From NCBI GenBank assembly GCA_905178155.1, contig CAJINV010000011.1:1201982-1265981 (forward strand): a stretch of DNA of 64,000 bases. The letters are read 5' to 3'. The number at the start of each line of letters is the position of its first letter. Positions within the stretch are counted from its first letter, which is position 1. Below, piece after piece: positions 24,701 through 36,200 of the stretch. Below the pieces are notes generated by a model, which saw only the letters and a list, made by a program, of their open reading frames with translations, had not been told where the DNA came from and did no database searches. Source of the stretch: Amoebophrya sp. A120. Taxonomy: Eukaryota; Protista; Dinoflagellata. A program made the position numbers and the translations under genes.

Positions 24701-27700
24701 AATTTATTTTAACCGATAAAGATAATTTGGTGCCGGACTACACAAACACGCGCGTACAGCTGCAGCAACGATTTTTGGGCGGCAAGACACACATGAGCTT
24801 GTTTAAAGGGATGTCGTCATCGTCGTCTGCAGGTTCTAGTGCAATTGCAATTACATCCTCGGTTGTACAGACGGAGATGATGAGCAATCAAGAGCACCAA
24901 TTTGTCCTCGCTCAAAACAACACTTTTGCACGTCTATCAAAATAAAAAATCCCCCCTCCCCATATCGAACAGGAAATTTGTGATGCTGGATTTGCGTACA
25001 CAAATCAGATTTGTCTTGCTGGAGAGGACTGCAGGCCCACATCAAGCCTGAGTACAGAGGTTTTGGCCTAGGCGCTTAGCATGAGAAACGTCTGCGCTGT
25101 AGGCCCAACAGCATCACAGACCGCTTGTATAATACGGCGAAGCCTGTGGAATTGCCTTCTTGCAAGACAGACGTGATTTGTGGTCGCAAATCAGCATTGC
25201 AAATTTTCTGCGCCGTACCTTTTCGATATGGGGAGGGGGGATTTTTCCTTACGATAACGTCCCGACGTGGATCATGCGTCCAGCATCCAGCACCTGGACG
25301 CCGAACATCAAATAAATCTTCGGTCTGGCGTCTCTATTTTCGGACCTGCAGAACGTATGAGGTCCTCAGATGTGAAGTTTCCAATTTTTCCAAAAAAAAA
25401 ACTATCGATGCATAAATAACTATGTAGTTCAGTAGCTAGCTAAGGTGGAGCGGTTTCAAGGTCTCCGGCTGCGTCTCGTAACGGCGATCCGGCATCTCGG
25501 CGAAGCAGGAGCTGGCCATTTGTATGGAGTTTTGAAAATCCTAGTGAGCGAGCATTGAAAAAGCAAATGTCTGATGTGGTTCCCTAATACATGACTCCAG
25601 TAGTAGCGGTCTGATGCACAATCGTCGACGAGATCGGAGAAATCTAAGCTCTACACGGCTCTTACGGGGCACAAATAGGGGTCCTGGAAAAAGGTTGCTC
25701 ACAAATGTCTAGGATCAGTATCTGATGGCGCCGCTCGCTCGATGTGCTCTACGAATACGACCCGCCACGGCTCTCAGAGTCGGCTCTTTCATGTTGTTTC
25801 GATTTACGATATTCCGATCAGGCTTGCACGTAAATTTCGAACGATACGCTCAGGTCGATGCTCTTAGTTTCTAGGCAACGAGCGTTCCACATTGCTGCTT
25901 CTTATTCACAAATCCACATTCTCATCAACCACAGGATCCTCGTCTTTGCGCCCATGCTCACCTCCCTCACCGCAGGTCGTACAGAAGCCGAAATAGAGGA
26001 CAAGGACTGTAGCGACGGCTTGGCGACGAGACCGTTCCGAGATACGCAGCCGGAGACCACGCAACCGCCCTACCTGAGCTAGCTAGTTCATGAGATAGAT
26101 ACTAAATTACCTAAAGTAGCTAGTTTTTTTTTTCGATTTTGTTGAAATTTCACATCTGAGGACCTCATAGAACGACTAAACCTTCGGTCCGCCGTCTCTA
26201 CTTTCGGACCGATCCTCCGGTTTCGGTCTGCCGTACTGAGTGGAAAACTTCACAAATACAAATATCTGCAAAAATTGGTCTTTAGAGGCTTCACGGCTGC
26301 TGGGAGGGGGCCCAGGGTCTGCGAAACGCGACGCCGGTGAGTCGAACACCAGCACGGCAACAGCGCGCGGCGTTGTTCTGTCCGGCAAGGTCCGGAGGGT
26401 TTGGCGTCGCTGAAGGCCATACCGGACGACGACGAGCATGCATGTACTTCAAGAACAAAATCGGAAGGCTGTTGCCTTTCCTTTGTGTCGCGTCCGCCGA
26501 TGCGGTTTGTCGTTTAGCCCGTGATTGGAGCAAAAAAACGCTATTCCCACTTGGAAACTTTCCACAAATGAACAGACCCGACCCCTCCGGAGACCCACAA
26601 ATCTGGGGCCCTTCTGAACAGCCAAATTCCCACTTCCCGCTTGGAAACTTTCCACAAATGAAAAGGCAGGGGGGTCCGGCGACCCCTGCCGGAGAGGTCG
26701 CCCGCGAGCATTTTTCTGCGTCATTTTGATGCGATTTCCGCCTTTCGGCGATTCGCCGCGACCTATTACTGCCTCCGCCGGCGCCGCATGGCGCCGGAAT
26801 TCCGGGCACCCTGGCGTGGCCCCGAGAGCCCTAGTCCCGCCCTGCTAAGCGGCCCGCGCTGGTGCGACTTTGGTCGGGTTAAATGGCGACCGCCTGAGAT
26901 GAATGCTCTGGCGCCCCTCCCAAGGATGCCCGACAGGGCCTGAATTGCTGAAAAGCATAACACTGGGCGCCTGTTTCTCTGCAGTTCTGCCTTTTAAGCA
27001 TCAATTTTTGCAGATATTTGTATTTGTGAAGTTTTCCCCTTAGTATGCCGTCTCTATTTTCGGACCGATCCTCCGGTTTTGGAAGGACCAGCGAAGACTC
27101 TATCACTACCATCTCACCTACTTGCAGGAAACTCGAAAGGCCCGCTACGCCGCTACGCTGCAGGAGAAACTCGGCCAGAAACTCGCCTCCACGGACGGGG
27201 CGAAGCGGATGCGACTGCGGTTCGAGAACAATCTGCCCGTCGCGCTCGCCCAACCGAAAATGCGCTCTCCGCTGACGTATCAAATGTAAAAATGTCTGGG
27301 TGGTCTGGAAGAGTGCATTTTTGTCATGCTTGTCTGGCATGACTGTCAAATCTCTCATGCACGTTACCCAAGAGCACCACTTTTCTGTCATGCAGAAACG
27401 CAGTTCGCCATGCAGAATAGGCAACACCTAGAAGCTCAGAAACTTGTGATGCTGAGCCAGCATTTCTGGCCTCATCATGAGACGCCACCCAGCATCACAA
27501 GTTTCCAGACCCAGACATTTTTACATTTGATATGACGCTGTGCGAACTTTGCTGGAAGACCGCGGTGTACAAGGATAAAAAGACGAAGCAGCCGGTTTGC
27601 AGCCAGAACTGCCAAGTGGCGTTGCAACTGTACCGAGACCCCATGGGCCTGGAGAACGACAAGTACGGGGGGAAAGGTGCAAACCAGGCTCTGTGGAAAA

Positions 27701-27726
27701 AATACGTCGAGGGAAAAGACCTGTGA
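21745..27726 (+). CDS. Large protein with two WW domains and a C-terminal HIT/YL1-like Cys cluster; exons approx. 21745-24934, 25262-25355, 26175-26233, 27051-27277, 27538-27726
   Basis: WW motifs PAGWERVESRNRPGHFYFRNLATGQTQ and PDWEKKESRSKPGEFYFKNKRTGEKRWTAP. C-terminal LCELCWKTAVYKDKKTKQPVCSQNC. The frame is continuous after removing four introners. Confidence 0.78.
24935..25256. mobile_element. TIR introner, family C (322 bp)
   Basis: TATC...AAAAATCCCCCCTCCCCATATCGAA and its reverse complement at the right end; TSD ACGTC. Confidence 0.92.
25356..26169. mobile_element. Large TIR introner D (814 bp)
   Basis: TATGAGGTCCTCAGATGTGAA...TTCACATCTGAGGACCTCATA; TSD GAACG; an additional subterminal inverted repeat TAGCTAGCT..GGTCTCCGGCTGCG. 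Confidence 0.92.
26234..27045. mobile_element. Large TIR introner E (812 bp) with a GC-rich core
   Basis: TACTGAGTGGAAAACTTCACAAATACAAATATCTGCAAAAATTG and a near-exact reverse complement ending CCCTTAGTA; TSD TGCCG; internal direct repeat CTTGGAAACTTTCCACAAATGAA twice. Confidence 0.92.
27278..27532. mobile_element. TIR introner, family F (255 bp)
   Basis: TATCAAATGTAAAAATGTCTGGGT...ACCCAGACATTTTTACATTTGATA; TSD TGACG. Confidence 0.92.
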
Positions 27727-27784
27727 AGAGGATGGCACGATGGATATTCATCATTACTTTTTATATGCTTTTGCGATATGTTCA

Positions 27785-28121
27785 AATGTTGTTGTGCAAT
27801 TCTGTGCGCAAATCAGCGGAAAACGTTGGGTAAGAGTTCCCGACGGAGACGGAAGAACCTACGAAACGGAAGAAGAGAACCCGGCGCGTTTCCAGATACA
27901 ATGGGAGGCCTTTTGCGAACACTCAGGCAAGGAGGAGGCGTGGGTAGCAGGCCTACTATTCACAAAAGAGGAGGGAGAGTTGTGGGTTGCCGCTTGAGGC
28001 GAGACAGTCGATGTCTCGAGGAAAGAATCGCTTGTGTGTACATCCGAGAAAAGAAGATTTGACGAAAGAAAAGAAACAAATTTTACACCCGGATAGACAC
28101 GTAATGAATGAATGAATGAAT
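27785..28121 (+). mobile_element. 5'-truncated non-LTR retrotransposon 3' end with an (AATG)n tail
   Basis: Encodes ISGKRWVRVP...FCEHSGKE..WVAG...LWVAA*, homologous to the C-terminus of ORF 17-754. Tail AATGAATGAATGAATGAAT at 28103-28121. TTGCGATATGTTCA is duplicated at 27771-27784 and 36367-36380. Confidence 0.78.
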
Positions 28122-28691
28122 CGCAAATAAAGAACCACGATAATGGAATTTTACAATCGACCGAGAGAAGTAGAGAGAACAAAGGGCACAGACATTGTGG
28201 GCGGTGAGCAGTCGCTCTCGATAAGCATTCGCTTACTGTTTTTATTTTTTCTGCCGTCACATTCTCCAATGAAGGTGAGTAGCGCCACCTCCCTCTGAGC
28301 TTGCGACGAGTGTCTCCGACCTGTTGGTGATCACTTTTCCTCGATGTTCAGTCACATTTGTCGAGGCTGTCGTAGACCTGTTGGTGAAGTTCTCAACAGG
28401 TCGGCACATTTTTGGCCGGTCTTGAGCGTCCCAGGAAAGTGTTTTACATCTCATTCGAGAGAAAACGCAAGTTCTCCTGCAGCTTGCAGTCGCAAGCGGT
28501 CCACGCCTAGGACAAGGGTCATCTATAGAGTTCTATTCTACGCAGAGAGAGAGATTGTAAAATCGCAAATAAAGAACCACGATAATGGAACTTTGCAATC
28601 GATCGAGAGAAGTAGAGAGAACAAAGGGCACAGACATTGTGGGCGGTGAGCAGTCGCTCTCGATAAGCATTCGCTTATTGTTTTTATTTTT
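28119..28691 (+). repeat. Split direct repeats A1 - spacer - B1/A2
   Basis: A1 and A2 are ~131 bp with 4 mismatches seen by eye. B1 (167 bp) abuts A2, overlapping at AAT. Confidence 0.93.
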
Positions 28692-28727
28692 CCCACCCTC
28701 GATCAAGATCGTTCCCTCCCTGACAAA

Positions 28728-30197
28728 ATGGACTCACTTCGTGCCGCACAGCACAGCTCGTCCTCCGCGGCAATGGCGCAGCGGATCCTCGCAAGAAGAC
28801 GAGCCGCGTCAGCATCAGTGCCACCGTCATCAGCATCATCTTCGTTTTCCCGCCCTCCTCTCCCTCAACATCAGCGGCAGCGAAGCACATCTGACTTCAC
28901 GAGTGCACCATACCAGAAGACCCAGCTAAGTGAGCCATCGTCATCTTATGGGAAAGATGTGTTCTCAGCCGCAGTTGCTGCATGCCATGACTGCGAACTA
29001 GCAACGGAAGGCATCATTGCCGACCCCGCGAGCAGCAAGAAACCCCTTAAGCCCGGACTCTTCTCAGAAGTCGCTTCTCACCCAAAAATTCTACGACTAT
29101 ACAAGGACGCAATGGACCCGAGCAAACAAAAAGTCACGAAACAAAAAGAAGAAGTTTTTTCTCTTCTTGACGACAAGTCGCGGCACCAGGCAGCAGTCGA
29201 GAAAATGGCGAAACGTCCAGCAAATGCCACCGAGGGCGCCAGGATGAAATGTTATTTTCAAGTCTGCGAGCGAGCCAGCCAGCATCCTGAGTTAGAATTC
29301 CTCCGCAAACCATGGCCCATCACCCGAGCACATGCAGTGCACTTCTTCACTGCGCTCGTGGGAGATAGCGACGACTCCAGTACTTACGCTACTGCAGATG
29401 ATTATCTGTGGAGCGTAATTGGAAGGCTTGAAGCCATTCCAGGCGGAAGCAGCCTCGGAGTCGCAGACAAGACACACCTGTCACAGTTGGTGTCGCGCCA
29501 AAAACGCACCGGGAAATTCAATCACTCCCAGGCCCCGCCGGTGATGCTAGCCGAGCTCACCGAGTTAATGCGCCCGATCAATAAACGGAAACACGAATTC
29601 GGTGCTGCCTGCGGAATCGGGTTCCTGTTCGGGTTACGAAAAGCAACACTCCTGTCCAAGATCTCCTTCGGTGGAGACGACATTCCACATTGCTGCGAGG
29701 ACATCCCCGATTCACCATCGGATTTTGAAGATGGAGGTGATCTAGATGAGGCTATGCAGGTTGTTCATCTGACCTCGAGAGCAAGTAACACATGCGTGCC
29801 TTTTTCGGGAGACTTCAGTTTTAATGCTGCGGCAGGAGTTTTCTGCCTTTCTCTCGAAAAATATGTGTTGAAGTCGAATTATATTCGTCGAGTGTATGTG
29901 AAGTGTTTGTGCGGTACTGCACTTGATTGTTTGTGCCCACACAAACTTATTCCGCTGCTTTCGCACCCGCAGCACGATTGGCGAAGTGAATTCTCTTCTG
30001 ATTTTCTAGCCTATTTTGGTACTGGACGTACCCAGTCGTTGCGCATAGGCTGTCTACAACAATTAATGAGTTGTAAGATAAGTGCAACGCGCATAGGCTG
30101 TCATTTACGATGGCGCACGGAGAATATGAAAGAGTATTATAACCGCGGCAATCAATATGCGGCCAATCCTTACAAAGAACTCAACTTCATCCCGTGA
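28728..30197 (+). CDS. Tyrosine recombinase of the retroelement
   Basis: GFLFGLRKATL (catalytic R), TQSLRIG (HxxR position, Q for H), HLRW, and MKEYY (catalytic Y) near the C-terminus. Confidence 0.8.
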   Translation: MDSLRAAQHSSSSAAMAQRILARRRAASASVPPSSASSSFSRPPLPQHQRQRSTSDFTSAPYQKTQLSEPSSSYGKDVFSAAVAACHDCELATEGIIADPASSKKPLKPGLFSEVASHPKILRLYKDAMDPSKQKVTKQKEEVFSLLDDKSRHQAAVEKMAKRPANATEGARMKCYFQVCERASQHPELEFLRKPWPITRAHAVHFFTALVGDSDDSSTYATADDYLWSVIGRLEAIPGGSSLGVADKTHLSQLVSRQKRTGKFNHSQAPPVMLAELTELMRPINKRKHEFGAACGIGFLFGLRKATLLSKISFGGDDIPHCCEDIPDSPSDFEDGGDLDEAMQVVHLTSRASNTCVPFSGDFSFNAAAGVFCLSLEKYVLKSNYIRRVYVKCLCGTALDCLCPHKLIPLLSHPQHDWRSEFSSDFLAYFGTGRTQSLRIGCLQQLMSCKISATRIGCHLRWRTENMKEYYNRGNQYAANPYKELNFIP

Positions 30198-30536
30198 CTC
30201 AACCAATTCACTCAGACCAACAGCACGGCATTCGCATTCGCGCCGGCAGTCCGCTCGTGAGAATTCTCTCAGTTGGCATTCGCCTGCTCTTGCCTAGTCA
30301 GACGCGCCGAGAGTCTCATTACATTCAAACTGCAGTCTGTTGAGAGTCCAGAGTTATTCTCTCACAAAGCATTATCTACCGAGCGAGTCACGTTCAAAAT
30401 TCACTCGAGAGAAGCCAAGCAGTATCAGGAAGTGGCCCTCTTACGAATGCTGGAGAGAGAAAAAAGTTTCTGACTCAGCTCCCTTCATCATTTCGCAGTC
30501 ACTCTCCAGAAGCTAGAAAACTCGATCAAATTCAAG

Positions 30537-32994
30537 ATGGCTCTCAACGCAGGAGCCTTTCAGCAGGTCGGCAATGGCTTGGGGCCGCAAGCAGGAGTAC
30601 TCGGTGGAAGTGCCGACCCGCTGTTGGCCGTGGTCCCGCCCCAGTTACAGGTGAACCCGAAAGCAAAGGCCAAGAACAAAGCCGGTCCCCCGCCGCCGCC
30701 CAAAGCGGTCACTCAACCGGTCGGCGCAGTCCAACAGCCCCATGCTCCGAAAGCCCCTGCTCAAGGTCTCGCTGCCATCGGGAATCCCAATGCCAACCCC
30801 CCGGTTAACATCAATGCGGGCGTCAATCAAAACCCGGGCACCCCGGCGAATGGGAACAACGCGGCAGGTGCAGCGGCAGGAGGCGGCGCAGTCGCGGGCG
30901 CGCAACAAGCCGCAGTCGCGGGCGCACAGCAAGTCGCTGGCGCAGCAGGAGGCGCAGCCGCAGGAGGAGCTGCTGCAGGCGCGCAGCAGCAAGCGGGAGC
31001 GGCTAATCAGCAGCCAGGAGCGCAACAACAAGTTATTCCCGCCGGTCAAAACAACGGACAACAAGTCGCTGCCCAGGCCAACGCCAATAATCAGGTGCAG
31101 CAGCCACAAGCCCCCATCGCGAATCAACAGCAGTTGAACCAGCAGCCGGCTGCTGCAGCGGCCGTGCAGGCGCAGCAACAGTTACTGGCACAGCAGCAAG
31201 CTGCTGCAGCGGCGGCGGCACAGCAGGCGCAAGTGCAGCAGCAAGCTGCGGCAGCAGTCGCTGCCCAGCAAGCGCAGCAGCAGTTACAACAGCAGCAACA
31301 AGCAGCTGCGGCACAGCAAGCGTTGCAGCAAGCACAGGTCCAGCAGGCCCCGGGTGCAGCGATTGCACCAGCTGCCGTAGTCCAAGGACCGGGTGCCGCG
31401 CAAGTCCTCCCGAACGCGAATGTAGCTGGCAACAATCAGCAGAATATAAATCAGAACGCGGCTGCTCCACTGCAAATCAATCCACCAATTCAGCAGCAGT
31501 TTCCGGCCCCCGCCCCGCCGGGGAACCAGAATCAGCAGCAGTACGCGCAGGCACCGGGCGGTGGTGCAGCCCCACCACCAGTTGGCGCACCACTCGGAGG
31601 ACCAATCCCAGCACCATTCGGTCCGGTCCCCCTTGGCGCGAACTTGCAACAGCCGGGCGCAGTCCCCATCTTCCCGCAGATGCCACCCATCAACGCGAAT
31701 TTCAACTGGCAGGACCAGCACGCGCAGATGTATTTCCAGCAACTTTATTACCAGAATCAGCTGATGGCGCAGCAGAACGCCAACATGCAGGCGATGATCC
31801 AACAGCAAACTACGATGTCGCAAGGAGTAACTGGTTTGGCGGAAGCCTTCCCATCTGCAAACGATCCGTGGCACCCCGACGCCCCGATGACCGCTCAGGA
31901 ATCTACCGCGTTCGCGAATGCAATCAACCATCTTCCCCGGTCGGATCGGATTTTGTTAGAATCATTCAAGCAAATCTCTGCGATGGTACGGGATAAGACC
32001 CTCCACCAATCCGCGAACATCGGAGTAAAATACTCGTACAAGAATCAAGCGCAAGTTTCTGATGTCAAGACCACCAAGACAACTACACCAAGCAATGCGT
32101 CCTTCGACGCTCTTGCGGCACCTCGCAATCGGCGGAAAGCAGCCCCCGGTCTTCGAGTCTCCGGCCGAGGCCTACGAGCTGGTATTGCTCATGGACGATC
32201 ATTTCCGGGCGATTCCAGAATCTGCTTCCCAATCGGAATGGGAATCGATCGCCACGTCTAAGCTCTACGAGGTGCTGGCGACTTCGGCGGACAAACTCGC
32301 ACCGGCCAAGACCTATTTTCACGACGGCGTCGCGATCGAGACCAGTTACCAGGAGCGTGCGCGTGATTATTTCATGCTCGCCGACAACGACGCTTCTGGT
32401 TTTCGTTTCCAGATGCAGCAACTCATGAACGTGTCGCATCAAACAGCAAACATGTTTCACAACTCCACGTTCCGAGCCATCCTCAACATCCCGGATACTT
32501 CTTCTTCCTCCCGCATTCCCGGCCGTGACCGTTCGCCGCGCCGTGAAACATCTACGCGTGCAGAATTAGTCGCCGAAGGAAAGTCCTTGAAGTACTGTTG
32601 GCATTACATGAAGTGCACGCCGTGCGAAAATCGCACGAAAGTCATCAACGGCTGCGTAGAATGCGACAAGGGCGGGAAGCATCCTTCCAAGAAGTCACAG
32701 TTAACCCGTGAACAGTTTAAAGCGATCAAAGCTACCCATTTGGGGAAGCAAGCGCTGTCGAAGATCGGGTATTTTGATTGGATGGGCGGCTCTATTTACA
32801 AAGGCGATAACATCTCCAAGTACTTTCCGGAGCGCGAGTCTTCTTCCACAGCAAAAAGCAAGGGAGGAAAGAAGGGGAACAAGGGGAAGAAGGGGAAGAA
32901 GTCTCCGCCAGAAGTAAAAATCGACCAGTCCGAAGACGAGAGTAATCATTCCGACAACAATGACGACAAAAACGAGAAGCCAGATGATAAGTGA
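30537..32994 (+). CDS. Gag-like protein (Q/A/P-rich N-terminus, Cys/His cluster, basic tail) split over two overlapping frames (30537-32261 and 32062-32994)
   Basis: Lies between YR and RT. The second frame contains YCWHYMKCTPC...CVECDKGGKH. A frame change is needed between 32029 and 32261. Confidence 0.6.
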
Positions 32995-33660
32995 AGTGAT
33001 TCCATCGCTACTGTTTTTTGTGTCCGCGTTTTGCGTTGACAAAAAAGTTTTTAGAAAATCAACTTAAAATGAATCTCGCCTTACATTTATACTCATTGTT
33101 TCATCAAATAGTTATCATCTCTCGTCAGTGTTATCAATCTTGTTTTTTGTCAAATGCAACCCCAAGCACTCTATACGATTATTTACATATTTTTCCACGA
33201 CTTTCCATGTCTAGCAGTATTCCACTGCCTGTTTTCCTGTCACAGGAGCGCCTCATGTTTCCATAAGTGCATTCGCACTCTGGTGTTTTTCACGCCACCG
33301 CCTTTCCAGTCGGAAAGCACAGCCCATTCGACCGTCGCAATTGCGATTCCCCTCGAAGAGGGCATGACTTCACGGACAATCAGCTTTCCATTCGAGTAGC
33401 AGTTGCTACTCTATTTCCATGAAGTCAACCTATTCTATACTTTCTTTTCTAGTACGCTGCAGAAGTCGCAGTATTTTCGGCGCGCGTCGTGTTTGTCCTC
33501 ACTGTTTGTCTGTCGTCGTCGTCTTAGTTCCGAGAGACACGTCGAGTGAGGGAGTCACAGGGAGTGGACCTCGTGGTCACGAAAGGAAGAGCGACGTTGC
33601 TAGATTTTTCCTTGCGCCTCGATATCGATATGACCTTTTCGTAATCAACTAGCGTCCACG

Positions 33661-36033
33661 ATGAGCAAAGTTTGCCTTCCCCCGCAAGGGGAGTTTTACG
33701 ACGATCCCATCCCGCAGTCAGACCAGAACGACTACTCCAAAAAGTGGAAGGAGATGCTTTCGCGGATTGGTTGCGACAAACGGAAGCGTTCTCCATTTTC
33801 CCCGCTCAATTCTGAGTTCCTCGCAGTAGACGCGACTAAGTTGTCGACCGTGGATATTCGCGCGGAAATTGATGCAACTAACGCTGCAGCTGCCCCGCGT
33901 GATACACGATTGAAGTCATCGATGTGCGACGAGGTTCGGAAGTTCCACGGGAAATACAACGTCGGGTTCATCGACATGGTCCTGGAGAAGGCTAGTTTCA
34001 ATGGCCGCGCAGTAGTGAAGGAGGTTCTGGCACAGGGAGGCACCTGTATTCGGGATTGCAAAGCCCCCTCCGCATGGGGTGCTCCATCAACTCGGCGTAA
34101 GCCATGGTTTTCGACCACGGAGCCCCCGCACAACCTCGCCTCGTACAAGCCCGGCACCCCGCCTCCGGATTGGTCTGAAGCTCACATTCGTGAGATTTAC
34201 AGGCAGACCGAAGAGGAGACCGAAGTGGAGCCGTTGTTGGGGCACGCGCGATTGGCCAAGAGCATCTCGTACAGACAAGCGAAAAAGGCGGGGTGGAGCC
34301 ACGTGTGGCGTCGTTTCTGTGTCGAACAGAAGACGAAAATTCGGATGATCGACCCCGCGTGCGCTTGTAATTCGCGCAGCGATCTGTCGAAGGGGGTCCC
34401 GATGGGCTCGGCCCATGAAATCTTGGGCGCGTCCGCGGTCTTGCGTGACCCGTCGTTACGCGAGCAGAACTACGTGTCGCTGACCCGGAAGACAGTGAAG
34501 GCCGGACGGTCCTTGGAGAAGAAGTACGAAGATGCGTTCGTCGCTTTCGTCGAGTCTGGGACGCCGATACCGGACGAGCTGAAGAAACCGCCGAAGCGGT
34601 ACCACGACTCAGTCGAGTCTGCTCAAGTGGCCGCCGGCTATCCGCATCCCAAGCGCCAAAAATTCGCCCCCGGGCTGTTGGTCGCGTTGATGATGCTAGT
34701 GGTTGACGTCCACAAAGCGTACAACACCATCGCCGTCCGCCCGTCGCACAGGAAGTGCAACAGGTTGTGCGTCTTCGACCTGGACAGGATGGCTTACAGG
34801 TTCTACGAGGCGCTGACCCTCATCTTCGGGAACGTCCATAGTGTCGTGTGTTGGGTTCGGGTTTCCATGGCATTGAAGTGCGTCGTGGTTTTCTTCGTCC
34901 AACTGATGCTCAGCGTGTACGTCGACGACTTCGCTTCCCCCGTCCCTGAAGCAGTTGGTGACAAGGCGAAGGACCTCGTGCTGTACCTATTTCAGATCAT
35001 GCGGCTCGGCATCCACCCGAACAAGGTGAAGCTGGAGAAGGTCACCGAAGTCTTGGGCTTGGTGTTTGATCTGGCTGCCGACACGCCCGAGTTTTTTGTG
35101 TCCATGCAGCGAGCGAACAGCATCACTTCCATCATCGATACTGCCCTCGCTTCCGCCTCGCTCCCCACCGACGTAGCAGAGTCGCTACACGGCAAGGTGA
35201 TGTTCTGCCTGTCCGCATTAGTGGACCGCCGTTACAATCCAGTCTTGAAACCGTTGGCGCAGTTCATCCACCTCCCGCAGTCAGGAGGTGCCGCATTTTC
35301 CGACAAGGTGAAGCAGTGCTTGCACAACATCAAGCTCATCCTTGCGGCCAACTTGAAGAAACGTCCTGTGTTTGAACGACCGGAAGATGACAACCTGCTT
35401 TTGTACACTGATGCTTCGTACAGCCACGGTTCGGGCTGGCACTCGGCCGTTTTTGTTTCTGCTGGGAAATTGTATGGTCGATTTCTACGTGTAGTTGAAT
35501 CTGATTTGTCATCTTCGGTTCCGATCAAGCATCCCATATCGTTCCTCGAAACGGTGGCTCCGGTGGTCGCAGTGCACGAGTTTGCGAGCGTCCTACGGCC
35601 GAAGAGTCATTTCCGGTTGTCAGTCGACAACGACAGTGCGAAGAATGCATTCTTGAACCAGAATTCGCCCAAGCAGCACATGGCCACGATGGCGCTATTC
35701 TTCTGGTCGTCGTGCTCCGCGCTGGCCTTGTCGCCATGGATCGACCGGGTCCCGACGGGATTCAACGTGGCGGACATTCCCACTCGTCCCAGATTCCTGT
35801 TCTACATAATCTCCAATTTCCCAGGGGCTTTCGAAGAGATGTGTGACTACTCGAAATCATCGATTTTGATTGCGCGAAGCGCCATGAAGCTCGAGACACA
35901 TGCAAAGTTCGGTGAGATCCCTGGCGTTTCCATGAGTCAGTATCACGAGCCCACCAAGTGGTGCAAAGCATCAGAGAAATTCATTCGAGTTGACACATCA
36001 CGATCGGACATAGTTTTTGATGACATTGTATAA
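33661..36033 (+). CDS. Reverse transcriptase / RNase H (DIRS-type)
   Basis: RT motifs VDVHKAY, LIFGNVHS and YVDDF. RNase H motifs LYTDAS, ISFLE, VDNDSA and NVADIPTR. Confidence 0.95.
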   Translation: MSKVCLPPQGEFYDDPIPQSDQNDYSKKWKEMLSRIGCDKRKRSPFSPLNSEFLAVDATKLSTVDIRAEIDATNAAAAPRDTRLKSSMCDEVRKFHGKYNVGFIDMVLEKASFNGRAVVKEVLAQGGTCIRDCKAPSAWGAPSTRRKPWFSTTEPPHNLASYKPGTPPPDWSEAHIREIYRQTEEETEVEPLLGHARLAKSISYRQAKKAGWSHVWRRFCVEQKTKIRMIDPACACNSRSDLSKGVPMGSAHEILGASAVLRDPSLREQNYVSLTRKTVKAGRSLEKKYEDAFVAFVESGTPIPDELKKPPKRYHDSVESAQVAAGYPHPKRQKFAPGLLVALMMLVVDVHKAYNTIAVRPSHRKCNRLCVFDLDRMAYRFYEALTLIFGNVHSVVCWVRVSMALKCVVVFFVQLMLSVYVDDFASPVPEAVGDKAKDLVLYLFQIMRLGIHPNKVKLEKVTEVLGLVFDLAADTPEFFVSMQRANSITSIIDTALASASLPTDVAESLHGKVMFCLSALVDRRYNPVLKPLAQFIHLPQSGGAAFSDKVKQCLHNIKLILAANLKKRPVFERPEDDNLLLYTDASYSHGSGWHSAVFVSAGKLYGRFLRVVESDLSSSVPIKHPISFLETVAPVVAVHEFASVLRPKSHFRLSVDNDSAKNAFLNQNSPKQHMATMALFFWSSCSALALSPWIDRVPTGFNVADIPTRPRFLFYIISNFPGAFEEMCDYSKSSILIARSAMKLETHAKFGEIPGVSMSQYHEPTKWCKASEKFIRVDTSRSDIVFDDIV

Positions 36034-36200
36034 GAGTTTGAAGTATACATTCTGCGTTGCAAGATTCGCGAGTCACGCGTTGCTTACTTATAGTATGACC
36101 TAGGCTGTCAGTTCACGCGATGAGCTATACACAGCTTTTGGACGCATTCCAGGTTCCTGTGTTTTGGTGAAAGTTCTCGCCGAGCGCGCACGCTCAGCAC

